Of a DNA stretch of 64,000 nucleotides, positions 39,623 to 51,813 are shown piece after piece (position 1 is the stretch's first letter; every line of letters starts with the position of its first letter). The notes beneath the pieces are model-generated. The model had not been told where the DNA came from. It did not search any database and saw only the letters and a program-made list of their open reading frames with translations. The position numbers were made by a program, and so were the translations under genes. The stretch comes from Curvularia clavata (taxonomy: Eukaryota), in NCBI GenBank assembly GCA_023920165.1, contig CP089280.1:806001-870000 (forward strand). The letters are read 5' to 3'.

Positions 39623-40575
39623 AGAAGTTTGCGTGGTTTGACGCCGTACTTTTTTTCTTTCTTTCTCCTCTGCTCCTGTAACACCACCTCATGTCCCTTG
39701 GATGAATAGATACCCTAGACAGCCCTCTGGTAATGGCATTACATGCAACGTTCGGACGGCGTTAATGGATACATGTACTATACGCAATAATGGGACAAGA
39801 AGGAAACCAGACTGTCGAGCTCATATTGAATCAATCTGCCTACACGAGCAAATAACGTTCTGCTTGCAGCCACACAGCTGCTTTTGTGCAATGGCGCTAC
39901 AAATTTATCGACTTTCAAGCCGAGGCCCCCAAAAAATGTCGTGCTGATTGACCGTCGAGCGCCCAATGCAGCGCTCTTTCACGCCCCCGAGAACGCATCT
40001 CGACCATGACCGCGTTTCGCCATGCAAAGGCGATGCAAAAGGGAAAGCCTGAATACCGTATGGGACCCTTGCCATGGGCGATTCGGCTTGGCGCATACCG
40101 CCACATGCGCAACCCAGCGATTGGAGCCTCTCTTCCTCATGACCACGGCCGGCCGTGCTTCTTCATAGGCCCTTAGGCCGTCCAGCCCCAAGTGTGTTTG
40201 GCTGACAGCAGTGCAGGACATGTATCTGCCATGATGATCGCTTACAAGTTCTAGAAAGCACTAATAGCTCCCATTGTCTGGCCCACCTGTCGCTCTTCTG
40301 CCGAGGCGCCCGCAATCTGACTTCTGACTTTGTTGCCCCGCCATTCCCGCCTCACATCTCCCCACCTCAAACGCGCCTCTGGACCCTCGACAAAGCTTCT
40401 TTTCTGCAGTCCTGCCCGACGCGTAAACCTTGGCTTGTACACTCTTCCTGGTTCATACGACACACCCGTTTCCTTCGTCTGTGAGCGTTTACGTCTCTCG
40501 TCGCATCTGTCGCTCTTTCGCATACGTAGATTCACCTTCGCACGCCGCTTGCTCGTATCCGAAGAACCAGACACC

Positions 40576-41210
40576 ATGGCATCGTCGTCGGCGGCAGCAG
40601 GGCTGTTGGCTCGGCAGCTCAAGCAAATGCAAAACGACAAGAGCATATCGGGTATCAGCTGCGGGCTCGTCGACAACAACGTCTTTGAGTGGGAAGTCAT
40701 GCTCATGATTGACGACGACACAAAGTTCTACGGAGGTATGGGCAGTCAGGTTCAGAAGACGAGCATATAACTGACATAGTCACGTAGGAGGTTTCTTCCG
40801 CGCGCGCCTTACGTTCCCCAGCGAATACCCTCTCCTACCACCTAAAATGCGCTTCGAGACACCCATCTTTCACCCAAACAGTGAGTCTCCTTTGCCTGCC
40901 TCCCTCCCTCCCTCCTTCGCCTTACATCCTTCTTTATTAACAACAGTGGACAGTCTACCCAAACGGCGATGTCTGCATCTCTATTCTACATCCCCCAGAA
41001 GAAGACAAATACGGCTACGAATCCGCCGCCGAGCGCTGGTCCCCCGTCCAAACCCCAGAGACTATTCTCCTCTCTGTCATTTCCATGCTTTCGAGCCCCA
41101 ACGACGAATCGCCGGCGAATGTAGAGGCAGCCAGCTTGTGGAGAGATAATCCCGCCGAGTTTAAGAAGAGAGTGAGGAAGTGTGTGAGGGACAGTTTGGA
41201 GTTTGAGTGA
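40576..41210 (+). CDS. Ubiquitin-conjugating enzyme E2 (UBE2G/Ubc7/Cdc34-type, with acidic loop insertion), 169 aa
   Basis: Introns 40736-40787 and 40881-40953. Catalytic region [37 protein letters not shown]. Confidence 0.95.
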
Positions 41211-41497
41211 GAGATGCTGGGGTACTTGGAGTTTGGAAGTCGTGCGGTTAATTATACAATAGCATAAGCGTGGTGGAATCCCATTTTTTTGACAACCCCA
41301 AGGGCGAAGTTTTGTTCGGTCGTGGCGCAATGAGGCGTCACGCTTCTTTTCTTTTACATTTTGTTTTTGTTTTACCAGGGGATTAAACTGCGTCATATGT
41401 GTAACCAGCATGGTACACAACAACGATTTTATGCATTCCTTGTTTCTCTCTCTTTGTCTAAGGTGGTGGTAGGAAACGTTATATTGAGTAAGCTACT

Positions 41498-42022
41498 CTA
41501 CGTATCGAAGTGCTGTGGAATGAAAAAGAGCGGCCAGCACTTGGACCGACTGTGGCTGATCCACCAATGTGATTTATGCGGTTCATGCCATTTGGTCGCA
41601 TGCACGCAGCCCACGGGGTTGTCTTGGTCGAAACTTAAACAACACAGTGCTGTAGCATCGCCAAATGTCTTGCACTGCTCCTGGAACAGCTCGAATGTTG
41701 GTCCTCGGTTGGCTGGGGGAATAGTGGGTGAAGGGGGAGGGAAGGAAGCTGCAGGAGAGTTTAGAGCGCTTAAGAAGGAGATTGAGAAAAGTTACATACG
41801 AGGTTGACACTTCATGCTTTTCTTGTCTACTTCAAGTTTGCAGCATCCAGGCAATGTATTGCCGGGGCAGAGTGGCTTCTTCCGGTCTTTTTCTTTGATT
41901 TTGTCATTATCTTCGTTTTTGAGCAGGATGTGTTGTTTGTGAAACTCCGTCTTTTGTTTTCCGCCGGCGGCGGTGAGACCTAGGATGGTAGTTAGGGCGA
42001 AGAGAAAGAGAATAATGTGCAT
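41498..42022 (-). CDS. Secreted protein with class II hydrophobin-like Cys pattern (copy A), ~157 aa
   Basis: Intron 41749-41799 (GTATGT...CTAAA...CAG). Signal peptide MHIILFLFALTTILGLTAA; pattern C-x7-CC-x10-C-x27-C-x9-CC-x10-C. Confidence 0.8.
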
Positions 42023-42534
42023 TAGCGCGGTATTGTGAGTTCTGTTGAAAAAGCGAGAAGGGCGAGTTAGGAAATTTGCTAAGGAATCTGGTTGATATAT
42101 ATCCTTTTTGTGTTACTTTTGGCATAGAGTACATGACGGCACTTATTTCCGCCTCCATTCCTGATTTATATGAGTCTGTCTGATTTCCGTTGTCTGAATT
42201 GCGATTGTGGTGGCTTCTACTGGCCTGAAGACATTGGTAAGACCTTGATATGTGATGTCACCAAACTTTGAACCAAAGTCAGAACCAACACCCGCCTCTC
42301 AACCAATCAAAGATTGCCACGGACTTTTCAGTGCTATTACGGTGCTGTATTTGAGTTTTATTTCATGTAATTGAATTATGGTTAAGACGGGAAACGCGAA
42401 ACGAAAGCGGTCTTGAGGTTTATATTCATTTATACTGTCTATTCTATCGGCATCAAGTCTTCACCAAATCTATTCCCGATCCAACACCCATGAAAAGGAA
42501 GACTGCATGTAAGGTCTCATCCATCATCGCATAT

Positions 42535-42876
42535 TTACATTTCCGTCGTCTCCTGGTTTCTCGCATACCGCCCGTCTAGCCCTAAGTGTCCTCGCAACGC
42601 TCCTTTGGGCTCCCTATCCAACTTTTCACAAGCCTCCTCAAACCCTTCAATGGAGCCGACTCGCCCAGCTGGAGTAGTACTGATTGATATGAGTTGGTTT
42701 GGCAGATATCACGTACAATATTCACAGACTACAACTTTGTAATCACCTCTCGTATTGCAGCACAATTCGTTGTGATCGTCAGGGCAGACGTCGGTCTCGA
42801 TTTCGTCATGTTTGGGTAAGGTAAAAGTGACGATGAGGTCTAGAGGGGCAGTGATGGTGAAATTGGTAACGCACAT
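42535..42876 (-). pseudogene. Frameshifted paralog of the hydrophobin-like genes (copy B)
   Basis: Same phase-1 intron (42669-42716). C-x7-CC-x10-C-x15-C is intact, then the second CC and last C survive only in shifted frames (RCEDT*, VCEKP). The signal peptide is degraded. Confidence 0.65.
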
Positions 42877-42897
42877 GACTATCGTTGTTGCTGTGAT

Positions 42898-42927
42898 GGT
42901 GGTGGTGGTGGTGGTGGTGGTGGTGGT
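42898..42927. repeat. (GGT)10 microsatellite
   Basis: Ten perfect GGT units just upstream of the copy B start codon. Confidence 0.95.
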
Positions 42928-43617
42928 GTTCGCTTTGTTAGTTTTTCTTGTTGTGTCGTATTAGTAGAAGAATTCTTTGGGGAGAGAGGCGATAGTTTGC
43001 ATAAATGTCTTCACATTACTACAGAATATTGTCTACATACTCCCATTTAACAGCTAAAAGCCAATGGTCAGCATTCAGCGGTCGAAAGTTGGCCATTACG
43101 ACGCTGCGCTCAGCATTCTACAGGCCTTTTTTTTTCAACAGCTGGCATCTGATCGTTAGCGTTGAGTTAGCATCCAGGATTTAGTATTCAGTTGCCATTT
43201 GATGTTTAGTGTTTAGCTAGTATTAAACAGTCAATATTTAGTATTCAGCTAGCAAACAGCAGCTTTTATTCGGCATTTAATAACCACCAGTCATTTTCAC
43301 TAGCTAGTACTTGACAAACAACACCTCTTGCCTCTCATAGGCCTGTTCAGTTCCGCGATCTAGAGTCTAATTGAGATCATTGGATTACTTAGTACACGTT
43401 GTTTGACTCTAATGAATACCATCAAGTCTTTGATCAAAATTCAGTCCTTATGCCGTACCCTCTATCCCAGTCCTCTCTAAAGTCAGTCACCAGCCACTAC
43501 CATGTTTTGGTTGTTGACGCGGCACTCATATTGAGCCCTATTTAGGCAACTTGATCGTAAGGAAAAGTAAAGCGCGAAACTCAAACAATCTCAAAACTTG
43601 AATTCGTCCTATCTATG

Positions 43618-44058
43618 CTACACTAGAAGCAAAATTTCGTTCCTTTTCTCAGCATTGAGATGATTTTGCTCGTCCAGATACGTGCAATTCTTCAAATCGA
43701 CAGAAGAAAAATCCTTTTTGCAGCATCTTTGTGCGCTATACGAAGGACACTTTGCTTTGAATCCCTCCACAGTAGGACCAAACACCTTGGCTATAATTTT
43801 ATTAGTATATTTCCATAATATCATAGTTGAGGAGGTACGGTAGTGGTACATTAAAGAAAACAAAAAAGGAAACAAAAATGGAAGTTACGTACCTTTGTCA
43901 CAATCAAGTTTCTCTGATTTCGGAGAGCAGCATCTCAGTGCACGATCATCATCGCAGACTCCTTCAATTTCGTTATCAAGGAGCTTGTTGGCTTGGGGTA
44001 CAGTAGCGGCGGTGGTGAAAGCCAGAAAGACGGTAAGCGTGAAGAAGTTGAAGTGCAT
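43618..44058 (-). CDS. Secreted protein with class II hydrophobin-like Cys pattern (copy C), 112 aa
   Basis: Intron 43791-43892 (GTACGT...CTAAT...TAG). Signal peptide MHFNFFTLTVFLAFTTAA; pattern C-x7-CC-x8-C-x16-C-x7-CC-x11-C. Confidence 0.85.
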
Positions 44059-44899
44059 TGTTGCGGTACTGATGAAAAGGAAGAATGTGTCGGTTTGGTT
44101 TGGGGAGATGATAAGTGAGTGGATGGTTGTGAGGATTGAAAAGAAGGATTCCTTATAGAAGGTAGGCTACATATATGTCCTATGTGCGACTGTTCAACAT
44201 AGAGAATAATGCTAACAGCTCTTTGATCACAGTCAACATGAAAAACAACCCGCAAGTCTTGGGTCAATTAGCGGGCACGCTCAGATTGTTGAGCAGCCTG
44301 ACCGGAATCTCAAGTCGCAAAACCAAGAACGATCTTAATCTGTATGTATCTTAATGCTTGTAGAAGAACAAATCAAGTGTGGGGCTTTTGCCTCATGCCT
44401 CAGCTCAAGCGTAGGCCATAGTGACTGCTTTTGCTGATATCCTTGCCACATCCCTTCATGTGGATATTTCATGCCATCGTGTCACTCTGGATTCGCTGTA
44501 TGGCTTTGCCTCCTCAAGTAGAACTCTAGCCTTGCGGTATACGCATCACCCATTACTCAACCTCCTGTAGGACCAATCCACGCACAAGTTAGGAGAGGCT
44601 GCCAGAGTGGGTCTGCTATGGTACCAGTACAGCAAAAGCCCTCTATTGTAGGGGTCTGCCCCTGCGTCAAGACGGACTAGCCCTGCTTCTCTCATTAGGC
44701 TATTCACAGGGAGCATGATCTTATAGGTGCCAAGGAAAGACCCGCACGTGGCTCTCGCAAAGGGGGGTGACAAGGCTGATAAGCCGTAATCATGGGAAAC
44801 TAACGCCAAAAAGGAGGAATTTGCACAATTACCATGTGCTCTTGCGCCATCTACGTCACTTGAATCTTCTTTTTCTTTCAATGTAACCCCTAACTAGCC

Positions 44900-45287
44900 C
44901 TCCAGCACAGCCCTGCAGTCAAAATACTACTTAAAAATACTAACAAGAATGAGAAAGCACTCTTCCGTGCTGTGAGTCCTAACACACCGCGCTGGTTAAG
45001 AATTGCATTTGTTGTTGGTTACATGCTTGTACGATGTGTCTCGGTGGTGTTGAAATAAACGAATGTAAAGAAAGAAAAGAAAATAGCAAATCCTCACTTC
45101 TAAGATAGTGGTGAACGTTGGCGAATATCTCTGATTTGCGGTGTGTCGGCATAGCAGGCCGCCAAATAAGAATAGGGGCCGCATTAGGGAGTTAATCCTC
45201 AGGACCATCACAGATATCATATCGGTATTCGGCGGCAGTAGCGAAGCCCAGAAGATCAGTGAGGACAGAGATGGTGTGGAAGTGTAT
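44900..45287 (-). pseudogene. Probable decayed fourth paralog of the hydrophobin-like family (copy D remnant)
   Basis: An ATA codon (instead of ATG) starts IHFHTISVLTDLLGFATAAEYRYDICDGPED followed by TAA, resembling the signal peptides of copies A and C. After an intron-like segment comes RGVLGLT, similar to AKVFGPT in copy C. The 3' boundary is approximate. Confidence 0.45.
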
Positions 45288-46946
45288 GGATGTAATTTTG
45301 TCGATATTGGGAGGTGAAGGATTGACACAAAACCCCCAAATAGGAACAAAGTGATCCATATCCTGTACTTGACTACTGAGTATACGATTTACAACAGATG
45401 CAACTACTAGTAGAAATCGTCTGATCTTGTAAAAGAAATTAGTGCAGAGCATCGAAAATAAAGCAAATAACAATGCGTGACATACGTCGCAAAAGAAACC
45501 ATCTGAACCACCATCCACCCCTCACCTTCGATGCGACTCCTCACACCGCCCGTTTCTAGAAGCAAGTTATGATGCGTGAAGCAATGCAGGGCTGCGTTGA
45601 TTCTTTCTTTTTTACTTCCTCCTTCGCTGCTTATTTCATCGGTAAAAAAGATTCCTTGGTGACCTGGTCCACCAGTCACATCTACAAAGGGGTCTAGACA
45701 AGAAGCGTAGCAAAAGCATCAACATCACAAAAGTCACGTGCGATTGACACATGAGTGAATTACTCTGAGTGACACTCGGTAGGATTTACAGGTACAACGA
45801 GTTTCATAACGTAAGCTACAGTTGTTTACCTAGCTAAGCTTCACTCCTAGATAACCAAGCACTGAGACGCGTAGGTTGTCTTTCAATTTCATATAAGAAG
45901 GAAGAACTTTGCAACTTTGTACGAGCACGCATAAGTCTGACTCTACAATTAAGACAAACTTGTTTTTACCGATGTCTCTGTTCTATCCCATAGGAAAAGG
46001 AAATAGAAAATGCTATAGAAAAGTACACGAAGGGGGAAAGCCAGCGTAGAAGAAGCATACGTACCACATTTCAATCGTACTCTTCCTCCATACAAAGAAC
46101 CACTTCTTCCTAAATTCCATACTGGGAACTTCCAAGAGCGCCCCGCCCTCCCCCTTTCCTATTCACACATATGTCTAGCCCACCAACCAAACCAGCCCGT
46201 AGTGTCCTACGCCACGTAATCATACACTAATACATACACCTTTCGACAAGCAACAATCTTCTTCTGGAAAATGTGTAGCATGAAGTCATGCCAAATAACA
46301 CATGCAACTACTTTGACATCAAAAGCCAGTATGAAAAGCAAGTCCCAAACTCGAGAATGCATCCAATGCGCCCTTCAGAAGAAGCCACAGAGATCAAGCC
46401 AGACCAACGATAAAAGAAGAAAGGGAGAAAAGGCGTATGACCGGCATACACTTTACGTTGATCTATCTATCTCCATCTATCTGATGTCACTGTTCCCAAC
46501 AAACGCATTCGCTCATTACACCAAACATCATCATTCATTCCCCTTTTACTTTTTCTCTTCCTACAATGTGTGATCTTGCACTTCATTTCCATCATCAAAA
46601 CCTCGTTAAACATCCAAACAACAACTAGCACAAGAAACCAAAAAAGGGAGTGAAGGGCCCCAACTACCTAGTAGAACGAAGAAGCGAACGAAAAAAAAGA
46701 GACAACTCCCATAAAGCCAGGGGTAGAATAGACATATTGCTGCAGCTGGAGGTGACGTTAAAGAAAAACTCTCATCCAAGGGGGTATCAGGCGCCCAAAT
46801 AAAATAAAAAGGAAACTCCCAAATCACACACACTCTCTCATCAAGTCCATGAACCGAACCAAAAAAAAAACATCTTTGCGCCAAAAGTACCCGATATCGC
46901 GGTAAAACTCTGCTGTACGAACCCGCCTCTTAACTCTCTTCGCTCG

Positions 46947-48486
46947 TTAAACATCATCCCACGGAAAATCCTGTGGATCGATTCTTGTGCACGTGAGATA
47001 CGGGAGACCTCCCTCACGCAAGTCGAGCTCGAGAAAGTTGCGCATGAGGGGCTTTACGACCTCTTTTGCTTTATTCTTGATTTCATCGATGCGGCGTTCG
47101 AGGCGCTTGAGGTTGTCGCGGTTGTAGTGTTCGGGGTTGAGGCGGAGAAAGCGTTTGCATTCGTCGTGGTTGAGGTAGCTGGAGCCGGCTTGGCCTAGGA
47201 CGCGGAAGATGCGGCCAGTGTTGAAGACGGGTGGTGGGGGTACGGGGGCGACTTCGCCTCGTGGGCCTTGGGGTCGTGGAGATTTGAGAATGGGTGCTGG
47301 TGGTGGGGTCGTGTTCTCTGCGAGCCATTGTCGGAAGAGAGAAACTGCTATCCAGTCGAGCCAATTGCTGGAGGGACTGACACGCTCGCCGCGGCTGGTT
47401 GTAAGTGAAAGTCGGAACAGCTTGACTTCGATCTTGGCTTTTAGCTCGTCCATCTCGTCCACCTTGTCTTCTATCAATTCAATAACAGGCTCGGCAATCT
47501 GGCCGCGTAGCTGATTGACACCCTGTGGCCATTGTCCAACTACATGCACCATGGCCTCTGCAAAAATCGCCTTGCTACGCGCCATGTAGCCGAGCTTCAG
47601 ATAACTGGGCGGGTACTTTGCGATTTGTTTCCATAGCCGCCCCTGGAAGCGGAGCAGGTGGTGGTCAACACGCGGTCCAATTACACCAAGTGCATCGTAC
47701 ATGTCAGCGAGCTGCAGGAGCGATTTGCATTCGACATAGGCAGTTGCAATGTTGATGGTGTCGAGCGAGGGCGGGTAGTTGTAGAAGATGCGGAAGAGAT
47801 TGTCGTAGTCTCGGAAAGTATCGTCGTCGGGATCGCTCTCGGGAGGTCCTGTAGGCACGTTGACGCTCGAGAAATTGGCTACACTGCGGAAGAAGCCTGA
47901 ATGCGGGGCTGCAGGCTTGTTGTTTCGCGCCGCTGGGGGCTGCGCAGGTGGGGTTGGGTCGCCTCCAAAAACGGTGGTGGGCTGGTTCCTCTGGGGGACA
48001 GGTAAGCGTGTGCGTGGGTGCATCATGTGTGAAATCACGTACCTTTTGCACCAACATGGGCACGTCATCCTCGCCGTTGCCCCAATCCATCTCATACCTC
48101 CATTTTCTCTTTTGTTCTGGTCGCGAGCCGGATGGTATTCTCGCCAGGGCGGTACCGTTGGTCGGGCCTGCGCTGGTCACGTCTCCAGCGGTGGCCCACT
48201 CATCGCTGGTACCAGCCTCAAAGAAGCCGGAGCACTGGGTGAGAATCAACTTGTGCAGCAAATAACGCTGTTCCTTGCGGCCGTTGCTGATGATGATTTC
48301 GACGTCGCCGGTATGGGTAAAGATGGGGAACTCATTTTGCGACACAAACGACGAGCCTCCGAAGTTGGACCGTGTCTGGCGATGTCTGCGAACGGTGGAC
48401 GCGCGCGACGAATGCGATGCGACGGATGACGGGCGCCGGATGGGCAATGAGCGCTCGGCACTCGCAGAGTCTGGATAGGAAACCAT
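46947..48486 (-). CDS. Fungal BTB/POZ-like domain protein, ~495 aa
   Basis: Intron 47991-48042 joins the 260-aa and 382-aa ORFs (QK|RNQPTT). BTB-like GDVEIII...YLLHKLILTQCSGFFEA and YDNLFRIFYN...LLQLADMYDAL. Confidence 0.85.
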
Positions 48487-49353
48487 GCGCCGCGACGTGT
48501 GCTGTGTTTGTGCTGTTCAGGTCGCGGGTTGCTCGGGTGTGTGGTTGGGGAGCGGTCGAAGGGGGTGGTGGATTGACAGTATATTGCGGTCTGGCCAAGG
48601 GTGCAGCAGCGGACTTTTGGGTGGCTGGACACGGTCACGCTGACGGCGCAGAGGCGGGCGTGGCAAAGACAACGGCAACAGCGCGGGTTGCGTTGTTTGC
48701 ACGCAAAGGTGCAGCGGTGCAGCGCGAGGTGCAGGCGGGCGGGAGGGCTGGTTAGATTGTTGATGGCAGCGAGGCTGGAGGCTGCGCAGAGCAAAGGCCC
48801 GCTAAAAGCACCCCACCTCGAAAGGCGATGGCGCACAGGGGAGAGGGTGGCTAGGGAACGGCTTCAGCTCGACCAGGGCAGCGCTGCGGGTCCCACGACG
48901 GTGTTGAGAGAATGTTTCAGGCAGCGTGCAGCAGAGCAGAGAACAGTCTTCACCGTGGCCGTGGCAACTGTTCACATGGCCGCCATGCTCGTGCCGTCGG
49001 CCCCATGTCCTGGCACAGAGCAGGTTGGACGACTGTGCGCCAATCGCCGCCCATAGCCGGGCCAAGCGCAGAATCAGCCTCGACGGCGACCAGCTGGGAT
49101 ACCGCGGTAGATGCAGGGGATAGACAGGATTTCATGTCTGCAATGCAGGGGGCACCAGGGTCATGGGGAGTTGTGTGGACCATTCATCGACGAGCCGCCT
49201 CTGGACGAGCGCCGCCGTGCTGGTTGCGACGTCCAATCGTCCAGGCTGAGAGTATGGTATATAGTACAGTACATGCAGCGATAACAAACAGGTGCCGCAT
49301 CAAGACGCTGTCCTGACGGCGCCGGCCATGGCTAGTTGGAAACTTACCCACCC

Positions 49354-50874
49354 TTAGGGCTGTGCTTCAATCTTCGCTTGACCGCCCATGAAAGGTCGCA
49401 GGACCTGCGGTATGGTCACACTGCGGTCTTGTTCATTCCAGTGGTTCTCCAGGATTGCAGCCAGCACCCGAGGCACAGCAAGCGCCGTTCCATTGAGCGT
49501 GTGAGGAAATTCTAGTTTGCCGGCCTTGACGCGCATGCGTGTGTGCAGCCTCCGGCTCTGGTAATCCGTGCACATTGAAGTTGACGTCACTTCTCCCCAG
49601 CCTTGGTCCATTTCTCGTCGTGAGGGGAAGAAGGCTTCAATGTCAATCTTCCTCGTGGCACTGGCCCCGAGATCTGTAGTGGGCATTTCTAGGATGCGGC
49701 ACTGTAGCCCGAGGCCTTCCAAAATCTCTTTTTGTATCGACAGCATTTCGTCAAAGATTGCTTCTGAACTCGATGCTGGTTGTGCGGCAAAGTAGTCCTC
49801 GCCCAAGTTGTCCGGCAGGGTCCAGGCAAACATCTCAACCTTTGTAAACTCATGGACTCGGTACAGGCCCTTTGTATTTGCGCCTCTTGCACCAGCTTCA
49901 GCACGATAGCACCGGCTGACACCGACGGTTTTCAGTGGCAGCTCTGTTTCTTCAAACGTATGGTTTGCCTTCATACCCGCTAGTGGTATCTCGGCTGTGC
50001 CAGCCAGAGACAACTGAGGCTTGGCACTGTCCTTTTCTGCCTGCTCAATGGCGTAGATCTGCTGTTCTCCGTTCTGGTCTCGCGGCTGGAATCCGCATGC
50101 GGCTGCAATGTGCGAGTACACAACCGACGGAGGTGCAACGGCTTTCCATCCTTTGTTCCTGGCAACGCTAAGAGCATACTGCACCAGAGCCTGTTCCAAC
50201 ATGGCCCCGTCTCCAACCAGAAAGTACCAGCCCCATCCTGACGTTTGCGACGAGCCCGAAAAGTCGATGATGCCCAGTTCTTGTCCAATGTCTACGTGTG
50301 ATTTCCTAGACGAGGACTGCAGTGGGTCGCTTTCGGATTGTGCGTTGATATACCCGAGCACCTCGAACTCTGTGCCGACTGGAGTGTGTGTGCTGCTCAA
50401 GTTGGGCAGATCCTGGGCCAGGCTCTCAATCTCTTCTTGCAGTTGGGTTTCCTGTGCTTCAAAGGCACTGAGCTCAGCCTTTAGAGCTTTTGCCTCTGCA
50501 ATCATTCCTTGGCGCAAGCTGAGGCCCTGTCCATCAGTACTCTTGATGCGCGATGCTGTCCTTGCCAGTTCAGCCCGCAATTTGTTGTTGCGCTCACGAA
50601 GATTGCGACTGCTCAGCTGCACCTTGAGCCATTGGTCGTGTAGCTCCTTTATGCGCCATGATGATTTGCTGTGTGCGGCATAGTTGCGGTCTATGCAGTT
50701 CTGCTCGTAGAGGCCTGGGTTTTGTCGGATGTGCTTCAGGTCGATGGTGGGCTTGGGTGCAAATGCGGGACGAGTGTAGGTTCGGTGGGAGAGGAGAGAC
50801 GGTCGACGCAATACCACGGGTGGTATTGCTGGCTTGCCTGGACGGCCAGCTAGTGACTGTCGGAAGGCTTTCAT
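49354..50874 (-). CDS. DIA4: Mitochondrial seryl-tRNA synthetase, ~506 aa
   Basis: Single exon with an Arg-rich presequence. Class II SerRS motifs LAGTAEIPL, SRCYRAEAGARG, GLYRVHEFTKVEMF, EVTSTSMCTDYQSRRL and HTLNGTALAVPRVLAAILEN. Confidence 0.94.
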   Translation of the reverse strand: MKAFRQSLAGRPGKPAIPPVVLRRPSLLSHRTYTRPAFAPKPTIDLKHIRQNPGLYEQNCIDRNYAAHSKSSWRIKELHDQWLKVQLSSRNLRERNNKLRAELARTASRIKSTDGQGLSLRQGMIAEAKALKAELSAFEAQETQLQEEIESLAQDLPNLSSTHTPVGTEFEVLGYINAQSESDPLQSSSRKSHVDIGQELGIIDFSGSSQTSGWGWYFLVGDGAMLEQALVQYALSVARNKGWKAVAPPSVVYSHIAAACGFQPRDQNGEQQIYAIEQAEKDSAKPQLSLAGTAEIPLAGMKANHTFEETELPLKTVGVSRCYRAEAGARGANTKGLYRVHEFTKVEMFAWTLPDNLGEDYFAAQPASSSEAIFDEMLSIQKEILEGLGLQCRILEMPTTDLGASATRKIDIEAFFPSRREMDQGWGEVTSTSMCTDYQSRRLHTRMRVKAGKLEFPHTLNGTALAVPRVLAAILENHWNEQDRSVTIPQVLRPFMGGQAKIEAQP

Positions 50875-51813
50875 TGTTGTAGCATAGGGAGGGTTGAGTT
50901 GGGCTGTCCATCCCACCCTTGGCGTGCGGGAACTTTTGAAGCCCATGATCCCTGCATCGTCGCGTACGTCGCGTTCCCCGCAATCCGTCGTCAGTCTTGA
51001 CTTTACCTACGTACCTTTACGAAGGAAAGCAAATGTAGTGTCTATATACATGCATGATTTGATGTTTGGCTGAACTTGCAGCACCACGAGCGTCGTTATC
51101 CGGATCTACATCGGCCTTGGATGGTATTGGCAGGGCATACCTCAAAGCAGACAGAGCACATGGTTTGACTAGTCTTCTTTATTGGACGTATACTCAAACA
51201 CGACATCACCTGATTGCGCGTTTGCGGCGTCGACTGTGCTAGGATACAAAGACTCCGGATCGCTGTAGGCAGCAAGTTCCATGAAGGTTCTGTCCTCGTT
51301 ATACGCCCAGGTGTCGCTGATCTGATGGGCTCCCGACGGCTTACCCTCGGCAGCTCCAGGCGGCGGTGGCATTACATATTCGTATATCCATATGGCCGTG
51401 CACCGCGTATACAGAGATATGGAACAGGGTTGGGAATGACGTGGTCCCGTGGCTGCGTCTTCTTCCTTTTCCACAAAGTCGGCGCCTACACAAGACGTGT
51501 CGTGTGCTTCTGGCGCAGCGTGAGCAGCCCTCGGCCGGCTCGCTAGCCGCAGCTCGGCCTAGGACCTTGGAACAACGCCCTTGTGCCTTGCGCCGTCGTC
51601 ATTCGCATCCTTGGGCACGCTCCCGCAAGGCGACAACACCACTCTGACTGTGCCTGACGGTATAAAGACGACATTGGTACCCCGCCACGCTCGTGGCTTC
51701 CTGCTCTCTCTTGGCCTCCATTGCTCCTGCCCTGCGCGCCCACCAGCGGCCTTGCATCACTCCTCACCTCCACCTCCACCTCCACGCACGCTCCACCCTA
51801 CACCACCACCACC

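Noticed and set aside
43150..43310. Degenerate TTTAGTATTCAG-like repeats, possibly a RIP-decayed element
   Set aside because: No terminal inverted repeats, target-site duplication or coding remnant could be identified.
51169..51474. 101-aa minus-strand ORF with a protein-like C-terminus
   Set aside because: Its predicted start is non-ATG, there is no supported upstream exon and no recognised family. It might be a gene remnant, but I cannot support it.
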